In this document: one piece after another, positions 1 to 7,891 of the stretch
How the letters are laid out: each line of letters opens with the position of its first letter
How positions within the stretch are numbered: the first letter of the stretch is position 1
Source: an uncultured Poribacteria bacterium
GTDB taxonomy: Bacteria; Poribacteria; WGA-4E; WGA-3G
Direction: 5' to 3'
DNA: 64,000 nt
NCBI GenBank assembly: GCA_951813565.1
Contig: OX638351.1
Span: forward strand, 2,112,001-2,176,000
The notes under the pieces: model-generated
Seen by the model: only the letters and a program-made list of their open reading frames with translations
What the model was told of the DNA's origin: nothing
Database searches by the model: none
Position numbers and translations under genes: made by a program

Positions 1-1
1 A

Positions 2-481
2 AAATATGATGAGGCGATTGCGGCATATCAAAAGTCGATAGACCTCTATTCAGACACACATGCTGGTCAGGAAGCAAACTTTTACATCGCTCAACCGTAT
101 GCAAAACTTGAAAAATATGATGAAGCTATTGAGTTACTTGAAAAAGCAATTGCTGCGTACCCAAACAACAGAAATGTTCCTGACTGGAAAATTTACATTG
201 CACAAATAGCTTACGCCAACAAGGATACCGCACGTGCCATTGAAGTGTATCAGCAATTCGCAGATGATCCTACACATAATTACGACTCTCGGCTTAACGC
301 ACAATACCAAGTAGCGGAAATCTATAAAGAAATTGGGGATATGGAACAAGCGATAGATGCGTACGAAAAACTGCTCGCTGATTTTTCCGAACCGCATCAA
401 AATACTGCACATGATTCACGAAATATCACTGAAAATTATGTACGGATGCTAAAGGCGGAGCTTTTGGACGAGGATAAATAG
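2..481 (+). CDS. TPR-repeat protein, 5'-truncated by window edge
   Basis: Frame open from base 2 (KYDEAIAAYQKSIDLY...KYDEAIELLEKAIAAYP...AIDAYEKLL), continuous with ORF 245-481; repeated TPR helices. Confidence 0.85.
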   Translation, partial: KYDEAIAAYQKSIDLYSDTHAGQEANFYIAQPYAKLEKYDEAIELLEKAIAAYPNNRNVPDWKIYIAQIAYANKDTARAIEVYQQFADDPTHNYDSRLNAQYQVAEIYKEIGDMEQAIDAYEKLLADFSEPHQNTAHDSRNITENYVRMLKAELLDEDK

Positions 482-562
482 GCAAATATGCAGATATGAT
501 ATGCGGGGCGGATCAATGATTTATGTATGGTAAGGTTAATTGTTGGGTTTCGCTGCGCTCTA

Positions 563-750
563 CCCATAGATGTCAATTTAAGGATTAATTTCAAGTTTTC
601 CGCAATTTTGCCAAACGAACAATCCATCTTTATTGTAGGGGCGGGTCTCTGTGCCCGCCCTTTACTTGGCATGTTCCAAATATCTGCGGGCACAGAGACC
701 CCGCCGGACAGCGTGTGACGGAATTTGTCTGCTAAATTGACACTTATGGA
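563..750. mobile_element. MITE-like insertion in a GTAG-class REP hairpin, carrying an inverted REP pair
   Basis: TIR cccatagatgtcaattta / taaattgacacttatgga; flanking direct repeat tttcgctgcgctcta; internal gtaggggcgggtctctgtgcccgc ... gcgggcacagagaccccgcc. Confidence 0.75.
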
Positions 751-802
751 TTTCGCTGCGCTCTACCCAACCTACGAAGAACTTGAGATGACTCGCGCCT
801 TT

Positions 803-2032
803 TTAAGAAGGAAGTCCCTCTAACGCCTGTTCAAGGTCAGCAATAATATCCTCAGTATCCTCTAATCCTATTGAGAACCTAACCAAGCCGTCTGTGATAC
901 CAGTTCGCTGCCGCACTTCAATCGGAACGTATAAATGTGTTGTTGACGCAGGATGACAAACTAAGGTGCGTACATCACCTAAACTAACAGCCAGCGCACA
1001 GATTTGAAGTTGGTTAACAAGTTTTTCACCTGCAGTACGTCCACCTTTGAGTTCCATCGTTATCATGCCGCCAAATCCATTCATCTGACGTTTGGCGAGG
1101 TCATGCTGTGGATGACTGGGCAAACCTGGGTAGCGAACCCATGCGACTGCTGGATGCGTCTCAAGAAATGCTGCGATATGTGCTGCATTCACACAATGCC
1201 GCGCAAATCGAAGTGGTAAGGTGGGTATACCAAGCAATGTTAGCCACGCGTTAAATGGACTGATCACCGAGCCGAAGTTTCGTAACGCCCCTTTTTGTGC
1301 GCGCACAATGAAATCCTTTTCACCGACTATCGCACCCGCGATTACTGCCCCGTTGCCACTTAGGTATTTTGTCATACTGTGAAGCACTACGTCAATGCCA
1401 AACACAATTGGTTGTTGGCTGCAAGGCGTTGCAAACGTGTTATCCATGATTGAAGTTATCTTGTGTGCCTTTGCAATCTCGGCACAAGCTCCGAGGTCAA
1501 CAAGTTTGAGTAAAGGGTTGGTTGGACTTTCAAGATAGAGAACTTTTGTGTCAGGGCGAATTGCGTTTTCGACTTTGTTCGGATCTGTAGCATCCACGAA
1601 CGTTGTTTCAACCCCCATCCGCGGAAGTTCTTCATTCAACAGATTGTACGAGGCGGAATAAAGGTTTTCCATCGCTACAACGTGCCCCCCATCCGCTAAG
1701 GCGGTGAGCAATGCTGTGCTAATTGCCCCCATCCCCGAAGCAGTTGCTAATGCGGCTTCACCTGCCTCAAGTGTTGAGAGTTTCTGTTCTAATACCTTCT
1801 GCGTAGGATTGCCCCATCGAGTGTAGATATAACCGCTATCTTCATCAATGAATGCTGATGCACATTCCTCCGCTGTTTGAAAACGAAAAGTGCTGTTTTG
1901 GTAAATTGGTGGCAGCAACGGAATTCCGGTTTTTTCTGAATGGTGGTCCTGTGCGCCTGTTGGGAGTATCGGCAGCGTTTCTCCTGCATGAATAGCCTCA
2001 GTTGATTTGCCCTTATACTTCTTATTTTTCAC
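803..2032 (-). CDS. PLP-dependent Cys/Met metabolism enzyme (methionine gamma-lyase / cystathionine gamma-synthase family)
   Basis: YTRWGNPT, SGMGAI, ESPTNP, DNTFATP, HSMTKY (PLP lysine), SLGD, GLVRFSIGLED motifs. Confidence 0.92.
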   Translation of the reverse strand: MKNKKYKGKSTEAIHAGETLPILPTGAQDHHSEKTGIPLLPPIYQNSTFRFQTAEECASAFIDEDSGYIYTRWGNPTQKVLEQKLSTLEAGEAALATASGMGAISTALLTALADGGHVVAMENLYSASYNLLNEELPRMGVETTFVDATDPNKVENAIRPDTKVLYLESPTNPLLKLVDLGACAEIAKAHKITSIMDNTFATPCSQQPIVFGIDVVLHSMTKYLSGNGAVIAGAIVGEKDFIVRAQKGALRNFGSVISPFNAWLTLLGIPTLPLRFARHCVNAAHIAAFLETHPAVAWVRYPGLPSHPQHDLAKRQMNGFGGMITMELKGGRTAGEKLVNQLQICALAVSLGDVRTLVCHPASTTHLYVPIEVRQRTGITDGLVRFSIGLEDTEDIIADLEQALEGLPS

Positions 2033-2615
2033 TTAACACCTCAACCGGATAGCCTTCAAGCGTTAGCAATTGCCGTTTTCGTTCAAGACCACCCCCATAA
2101 CCGCCTAAATTACCGTTGCTGCCAATTACACGATGACACGGAATTATGATTGTAATCGGATTGCTCCCAGTGGCATTTCCGACAGCGCGAACAGCCTTCG
2201 GTCTACCAATCTGTTCTGCTATCCATTTGTAGCTGCGCACCTCACCGTGCGGAATCTGATGAATAGTGTTCCAAACCGAATTCTGAAAGTCTGTTCCCAT
2301 TTCTATTTTTACTGGTACCTCTCGGAAATCCACGGACTCACCATCAAAATATCTATCCAATAAGTCTTTAGTACGACCCAACAACTCCGTCTGAGGGGTG
2401 AATGGGGGTTCATAGAACCTGGAATCATCATTAAAAAATATATGTGAAATATGGGAACGTGTTTGAACTATGTCTATATGGCCAATAGGTAATTTATATC
2501 GGAGATTATTCGTACCATAAAAATCTTGGAATGCTTTAGAAATTAGTTCTATATCGTAGGGTTCCAGATTTTCTTCAAAGTCAGGAATAAAATAGCGTAA
2601 CAGTTTCTTATCCAT
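2022..2615 (-). CDS. ogt: Methylated-DNA--protein-cysteine methyltransferase
   Basis: IPHGEVRSY, RAVGNA and active-site IPCHRV motifs. Confidence 0.93.
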   Translation of the reverse strand: MDKKLLRYFIPDFEENLEPYDIELISKAFQDFYGTNNLRYKLPIGHIDIVQTRSHISHIFFNDDSRFYEPPFTPQTELLGRTKDLLDRYFDGESVDFREVPVKIEMGTDFQNSVWNTIHQIPHGEVRSYKWIAEQIGRPKAVRAVGNATGSNPITIIIPCHRVIGSNGNLGGYGGGLERKRQLLTLEGYPVEVLSEK

Positions 2616-2664
2616 TTTTAATTTGACCTTCCTATGTATTATAAGTTATGCTATACCGCAAACT

Positions 2665-3048
2665 ATGGCTATATTTGAAACATCAGAACAACTTTATATT
2701 TATATTAGCGAACTGTTTGAGGAAATTGCCACGTTACCAGAAGCGCAAGAGGTGCTAAAATCGCTAAACTTAAGCGTCCAGTTTAATTACAGGACGCCCG
2801 ATTGTGTGATGACGTTAACCGCAGCGAATGGTAAATACACCGTTTCCCGAGACGCTTGTGGTGACACTACCCCCGATGTAGAACTGACGATGACGGGAGA
2901 TGTGGCACACAGATTTTGGACAGGTGAACTCAACGTCATGGGAGCGATCACGACACGCGAGATCGGTATTGCTGGTTCATTAGGCAAAATTATGCGTCTC
3001 ACCCCACTCATTAAGGCAGCAATTCGTCATAACAAGGAACGTAACTGA
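2665..3048 (+). CDS. SCP2 sterol-binding domain protein
   Basis: PDVELTMTGDVAHRFWTGELNVMGAITTREIGIAG resembles the SCP2 fold; ATG at 2665 preferred. Confidence 0.75.
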   Translation: MAIFETSEQLYIYISELFEEIATLPEAQEVLKSLNLSVQFNYRTPDCVMTLTAANGKYTVSRDACGDTTPDVELTMTGDVAHRFWTGELNVMGAITTREIGIAGSLGKIMRLTPLIKAAIRHNKERN

Positions 3049-3113
3049 TTGTCATATAATTTTTATTAGACTCTATTATCCTTCCAATTCCAGAATTCAA
3101 AAGGAGTAGTAGA

Positions 3114-3905
3114 ATGGCTACAGATAATTTATCAGAAACTATCAACCCTTATGTTACACAGATGCGTGAAGAAGGTTGGTGTGTATTAGAAAATGTTATC
3201 CCCGCCGATGTTGTTGATTCAGTTCGCGAAGAGGTGGAAACTTCAGAAGCAGACTATAGTCAATTCAGCAAAGACAATGGCAGATGGGAGCGCAATGTAA
3301 TTAGTTTTATGCCGCGCTTTGCAGAACATCTGGCGAATGAGCAACTCCTTGCAGTTATCCGTGAATTATTAGGCCCACAGGTGCGTATATCTCAAACAGA
3401 GTATAAAATCCGACCTCCACATTATCAATTGGTGCGTGCCTATCACTCCGATTTTCCGTATGACTTGAACCAAAAATGGCATATCACGCAACCTTTTCCG
3501 ACTGCTGTTATCGGTATTACCACGCTCTGGATGCTCACCGATTTTACGACAGAAAACGGTGGCACTTGGATTGTTCCGAAATCACATGTTGACCTCAGAA
3601 ATCCGCGAGGCAAAGAGGATGGCATCGGAGATCGCAATCCTCTTGAGGGTGAAATGCAAGCTGTCGGTAGTGCGGGAAGTGTACTTATCATGGATAGCCG
3701 GATTTGGCATTCAAATGCTGAAAATCCAAGTGATGGTCGCCGCACTGCTGTGGTTGTCAGATACGCACCTTGGTGGTTGAATTTAGAACTCTTCGGTGTC
3801 AATACTGCTAAGATTCCCGGTGAAACGTTCGATAAGTTTCCTGATGATGTCAAACTGCTCTATGAACACCGTGCCGAAGACCGTGAACCCGCTCTATGGG
3901 TCTGA
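3114..3905 (+). CDS. Phytanoyl-CoA dioxygenase (PhyH) family Fe(II)/2-oxoglutarate dioxygenase
   Basis: GWCVLENVI, HSD...H triad, LTDFTTENGGTWIVPKSH, AGSVLIMDSRIWH; AGGAG RBS. Confidence 0.9.
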   Translation: MATDNLSETINPYVTQMREEGWCVLENVIPADVVDSVREEVETSEADYSQFSKDNGRWERNVISFMPRFAEHLANEQLLAVIRELLGPQVRISQTEYKIRPPHYQLVRAYHSDFPYDLNQKWHITQPFPTAVIGITTLWMLTDFTTENGGTWIVPKSHVDLRNPRGKEDGIGDRNPLEGEMQAVGSAGSVLIMDSRIWHSNAENPSDGRRTAVVVRYAPWWLNLELFGVNTAKIPGETFDKFPDDVKLLYEHRAEDREPALWV

Positions 3906-3940
3906 TGTCATAAACAAATTTCGTATTCCTTCAAATTATA

Positions 3941-4110
3941 TATAGTGAGCTTTAGAATTAACAGGACATTTTGAGTTGTGAATCAACGCCAAATGCGCGT
4001 TTGGCATTTGGCGGGAGGGAACTTCGATTCCCGACTATCAGTGAATTTCATCGCGATTCGGAGATCGCTCCTACAGAAAATGTGCCTCTTTAATTTCAAG
4101 GTTCACCATA
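3941..4110. mobile_element. MITE-like cassette (TATAGT-type TIR) around a REP pair
   Basis: Imperfect TIR tatagtgagctttagaattaa / ttaatttcaaggttcaccata; core gagggaacttcgattcccgac...tcgcgattcggagatcgctcctaca shared with 13168-13302. Confidence 0.65.
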
Positions 4111-4126
4111 AAAAGGAGAATTTTTC

Positions 4127-4555
4127 ATGTCAACAACACTTGTACATATTGGAGTCCGCACAACAAACCTTGAAAAAAGTATCCGTTTCTGGCGCGATGC
4201 GCTCGGATTACGGATTTCTTCAACTAAAAACGGATGTTACGATCTGACCGACGGTTATCACAATTTTCGCGTGTTTCAACACAATGGTCCTGACCGTCCC
4301 AAACATGTCGGTGGGATGTTAGACTATCTTCATATCGGTGTCCGCGTTCCTGACCTGCGAGCAGCAGCGCAACGATGTGAGGACCTCGGTTTTGAAATTA
4401 CTTGGGAAGGTTTAGATGGCACTAAACCTTATGATCCAAATTCCAATGAGTTGCCATCTGAAGCTTTTAAAGTTGAAGACCCAGACGGCATTGTGGTTGA
4501 TATTACCGAACGAAACGATCAGTGGCCCGGCGTTGATATTGAAAGCAAAGCTTAG
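4127..4555 (+). CDS. VOC/glyoxalase family protein
   Basis: HIGVRTTNLEKSIRFWRDALG, second HIGVRV, EDPDGIVVDI. Confidence 0.88.
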   Translation: MSTTLVHIGVRTTNLEKSIRFWRDALGLRISSTKNGCYDLTDGYHNFRVFQHNGPDRPKHVGGMLDYLHIGVRVPDLRAAAQRCEDLGFEITWEGLDGTKPYDPNSNELPSEAFKVEDPDGIVVDITERNDQWPGVDIESKA

Positions 4556-4606
4556 ATAGTTAACCTCACAATAGGCGCGGTTCTACGCCGCGCCGAATAC
4601 CAGAGA

Positions 4607-5305
4607 TTATTCATCACTACCCAATATTCCTAAGCGGAACAGATAGTAGAGAAGCGTTAGCAGGCTTGTAACTGCCGCTGCGAGATACGTTAAAAATGCA
4701 GCGTTGAGTACTTTGCTTGCGTGCCGATTTTCTTCAGGTGAAAGCATCCCTGCTTCGTCTATAGCGATTTTGGCGCGCCGACTCGCATCCCATTCAACTG
4801 GGAGCGTCACCAGTGAAAACACCACACCCACCGAAAATAGAACGACACCTAACAATATCAAACCCATCATCTGAAGGAAAAATCCGGCTATCATAAATAT
4901 ATACGAAAAAATTGAGCCGAAGTTAGTTGCTGGGACAAGTGCACTGCGCAAACTTAGCATTGCGTAACCTTGTGCGTCCTGCATCGCATGTCCTGCTTCA
5001 TGGCATGCAACCCCAATTGCAGATAGAGAATGACTTGAATATACATCACTGGACAATCGTAGCACTTTTTGGCGTGGGTCATAATGATCACTTAACCAAC
5101 CACCTGTGTGTTCAATTTTGACATCACGAATGCCGTTTCTTTCTAACATGAGTGCTGCTGCCTGTGCACCTGTCATCCGCTTTTGTGAACCGATTTTCGA
5201 ATATTTTGAAAATGTTGCTTTTGTCTTCCATGTCGCATAAAGAGATAGCGCAAGTCCAGGCGCAAGAAATACGAGATACATTGGGTCAAACCAACCAAGC
5301 ATCAT
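4607..5305 (-). CDS. Membrane zinc metallopeptidase (YugP / Zn_peptidase_2 family)
   Basis: LSDHYDP, HEAGHAMQ, TLPVEWDASRRA, AAFLTYLAA; GGAGG RBS before ATG 5305. Confidence 0.9.
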   Translation of the reverse strand: MMLGWFDPMYLVFLAPGLALSLYATWKTKATFSKYSKIGSQKRMTGAQAAALMLERNGIRDVKIEHTGGWLSDHYDPRQKVLRLSSDVYSSHSLSAIGVACHEAGHAMQDAQGYAMLSLRSALVPATNFGSIFSYIFMIAGFFLQMMGLILLGVVLFSVGVVFSLVTLPVEWDASRRAKIAIDEAGMLSPEENRHASKVLNAAFLTYLAAAVTSLLTLLYYLFRLGILGSDE

Positions 5306-5423
5306 GATAGACACCTCCAAGTTTCTGTGTTTATATCAATTTATGAGCAAATTAGTGTGTATTAGATTTATGAAATTATACAAGATTTTTGTCAATAATT
5401 CAAGTAGTTTCTTTTATATTCAG

Positions 5424-5728
5424 TAGACATTCTAATGATTTAATCTGCGTTGTGTTGTCAGAATCGCGGATTATCGCAGATTTATCGGATGACGCGGATT
5501 TTAAGAACTTTGTATCCGCACATTCAACGGACGCATGCACGCCTTCTGTTATTGACCGGACATTATGAAAACGACTTGTTGTTACCAGTATCCAATAATC
5601 CGTGCCATCTGCGTCATCCGATAAATGCGCGATTCAGAAAGTTGCGCGCGATGCCTCATCTGCCCAACGGACAAACATAAGATTTTTCCGCAGACCAATA
5701 ACTCACAATTAAAACGTTATAATGTCTA
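5424..5728. mobile_element. MITE-like cassette (TAGACATT TIR) around an inverted REP-like pair
   Basis: 21-bp TIR tagacattctaatgatttaat / attaaaacgttataatgtcta (3 mismatches); internal tgtcagaatcgcggatt... / ...gcgcgattcagaaa. Confidence 0.7.
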
Positions 5729-5746
5729 ATTTTCATAAGGTTTCGC

Positions 5747-5775
5747 TTGACAAGCCATGTTCAGTTTGGTAAATT
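5747..5775 (+). promoter_or_regulatory. Sigma70-type promoter upstream of the IS605 mini-element and the enolase-superfamily gene
   Basis: TTGACA-17 nt-TAAATT. Confidence 0.6.
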
Positions 5776-5808
5776 TTATCGGTAGAACTTAAAGCGTTAA
5801 AAATTTAG

Positions 5809-6212
5809 CACTCCCTGTCAAACCCCCTGCCTTTAGGTAGGGGATGTAGACAGCTCAGCAGTTTATGTGTCAAAAAAACCTTGACACTTTCACCAAAATT
5901 TGATATATTGTCTTTAGCAGTCGGCATCGGTTCTGATTGATGTGGTGGTAGACCGCTCGGCAGTGAAACAATCAGGTAAAAGCCTTGCGATTCAATACTG
6001 CTAAAGTTCTTTGTAACATCTATTGCACGTTTAGGGTAGACGCATTGAAAAATGCTCACCCGCTTGAAAAATCACGTGTCAAAAATAATAAGTTGCCTTC
6101 GGGCAAGTGGCTGGCTTAGCAGCCACTGTGGAGCAGATGTAAGACGCTTCTTCGGAAACGCTAACTGCTACGAAGCACAAGCCCCTGCCTTTAGGTAGTG
6201 GGTCACTATGAC
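5809..6212 (+). mobile_element. Non-autonomous IS200/IS605 derivative (PATE-like) with no protein gene
   Basis: Both ends nearly identical to the element at 46618-48368; preceded by TTAG, ends in TGAC; guide tetramers AAAC and CAAG at the hairpin feet. Confidence 0.92.
5881..5909 (+). promoter_or_regulatory. Promoter internal to the mini-element
   Basis: TTGACA-17 nt-TATATT with extended -10 TG. Confidence 0.7.
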
Positions 6213-6232
6213 ATAATAGGAGTACCTCCACT
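5912..6232 (+). ncRNA. Putative standalone TnpB omegaRNA with a structured 5' extension; guide from the downstream flank
   Basis: Multiple stems with GAAA and UUCG tetraloops; 3' ~105 nt covary with the right end of the TnpB element at 48258-48368. Confidence 0.7.
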
Positions 6233-7426
6233 TTGAAAATAACAGATGTCAAAACTATTCTGACTGCCCCTGACGGAATTCGGCTTGTTGTTGTTAAGGT
6301 TGAGACGAGTGAACCCGGTTTATACGGGGTGGGATGTGCTACGTTTACACAACGTCCACTTGCCGTTGCAACTGCTGTAGATGAATACCTAAAACCCTTC
6401 TTGATAGGGAAAGACCCTACTAACATAGAAGACATTTTTCAGACAAGTTTTGTCAGTTCGTATTGGCGAAATGGCCCAGTGCTAAATAATGCATTGAGCG
6501 GTGTGGACATTGCGCTGTGGGACATTATGGGCAAACGAGCGAACATGCCTGTTTATCAACTACTCGGAGGCAAGTGTCGTGAGGCAGCAACGCTTTACGG
6601 ACACGCAGGCGGTGGAACTTTTGAAGAGGTAGAAAACAGCGTTCGTAGGTATATGGAACAAGGGTATCGTTATGTGCGCGCGCAAGTTTCAATTCCCGGC
6701 TATTCAACTTATGGGGCAGGCGGTGGAAAGCGGAGTTCTCCTGCTTTTGAACCGACACCTTATGTCAACACGGTCATAAAACTTTTTAATCATCTACGTA
6801 CAAAGTTAGGTGACGAAGTTGAACTTCTGCACGATGTGCATGAACGGATACCACCGATCCAAGCGATTAATCTTGCCAAAGGGTTGGAACCGTATAATCT
6901 CTTTTTCCTTGAAGACCCGTTTGCCCCTGAGGATGTTGACTATTTCCAATTGATGCGCCAACAGACAAGCATTCCGATTGCGATGGGAGAACTGTTTAAC
7001 AATCCAAATGAGTACGTCCATCTTATCAAAGATCGTCTTATCGATTTTATTCGGGTACATATTTCGCAGATTGGTGGTATTAGTCCTGCTCGTAAACTCG
7101 CGGCGTTCTGCGAATTTTTCGGTGTACGCACTGCATGGCACGGACCGGGAGATGTTTCTCCAGTTGGGCATGCGGCGAATGTTGCATTAGATTTGGCATG
7201 TTATAACTTTGGGATTCAGGAACAACACGTCTTCAGAGAAAACACAAAAGAGGTTTTCCCAGGATGTCCAGAAATTAGGGACGGTTGTTTTTGGGCAAAT
7301 GAAGCACCGGGACTCGGCATTGATGTCAACGAAGAACTTGCTGCACGATTCCCGTTCCCAGAACACCCTCTCAACGGTGGCTGGGCACCTGTGCGGCGGA
7401 TGGACGGCACGGTTATTCGTCCTTAG
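6233..7426 (+). CDS. Enolase-superfamily acid-sugar dehydratase (ManD/RspA-like)
   Basis: YWRNGPV, LLHDVHER, FLEDP, AMGELF, WHGPGDVSPVG; TTG start with AGGAG RBS. Confidence 0.9.
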   Translation: MKITDVKTILTAPDGIRLVVVKVETSEPGLYGVGCATFTQRPLAVATAVDEYLKPFLIGKDPTNIEDIFQTSFVSSYWRNGPVLNNALSGVDIALWDIMGKRANMPVYQLLGGKCREAATLYGHAGGGTFEEVENSVRRYMEQGYRYVRAQVSIPGYSTYGAGGGKRSSPAFEPTPYVNTVIKLFNHLRTKLGDEVELLHDVHERIPPIQAINLAKGLEPYNLFFLEDPFAPEDVDYFQLMRQQTSIPIAMGELFNNPNEYVHLIKDRLIDFIRVHISQIGGISPARKLAAFCEFFGVRTAWHGPGDVSPVGHAANVALDLACYNFGIQEQHVFRENTKEVFPGCPEIRDGCFWANEAPGLGIDVNEELAARFPFPEHPLNGGWAPVRRMDGTVIRP

Positions 7427-7481
7427 CTTTTATGGGTAATCCAAAACATTTAATGAAATTTGACGTTGAAGTTGGGTATCC

Positions 7482-7553
7482 GTAGGGGCGTGGTCTCCAC
7501 GCCCGATGGACGAAAACTCACAAACAAACGGGTTGGGGAACCCAACCCCTACG
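7482..7553. repeat. GTAG-class REP doublet (REPIN-like)
   Basis: gtaggggcgtggtctccacgccc ... gggttggggaacccaacccctac. Confidence 0.7.
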
Positions 7554-7558
7554 TATTT

Positions 7559-7826
7559 GAGGGGTGTGCATAAATATTTGGTGCATCAACACAGACAGGG
7601 ACAGACGCCAAGTGCCGCTTGATTTATAGAAATGCGTTTGTAGTCGCGCAATTCATTGCCAAATCAACGCAGCATGCGCCAAATCAAGAAATCAACGGTA
7701 TGAATGCCTTATAGCATTCCCCGTGTGGCATGCTGCGCCTCTTTGAACTTGTGGACGGAAACCCACGGCGTGTGCGGACTACCTTTAAGCGCATATTTAA
7801 CATCGGAATTATTTATGCACACCCTC
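7559..7826. mobile_element. MITE with GAGGGTGTGCATAAAT TIR and 8-bp target duplication
   Basis: TSD acgtattt at 7551-7558 and 7827-7834; first ~100 bp repeated at 12987-13090. Confidence 0.85.
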
Positions 7827-7891
7827 ACGTATTTAACTACCGATTTTGATTGTCAAAAATCATTAGGCTATCTCATAAAGTTAAAAAGACT

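Noticed and set aside
5450..6059. Short ORFs 5450-5680 and 5805-6059, and similar ORFs at 436-718, 3978-4247, 7704-8033, 8842-9033, 30984-31199 and 53190-53390
   Set aside because: They run through repeat or MITE DNA, lack an RBS and show no protein motifs
5809..6212. Group I intron / IStron or tRNA/tmRNA interpretation of the structured RNA
   Set aside because: No recognisable P7 core, cloverleaf or CCA end found by eye; the element is intergenic. An Rfam search is still needed
7431..7877. Outer TIR pair ttatgggtaatccaaa / ttaggctatctcataa around the REP doublet
   Set aside because: Too degenerate and no TSD; possible but not supportable
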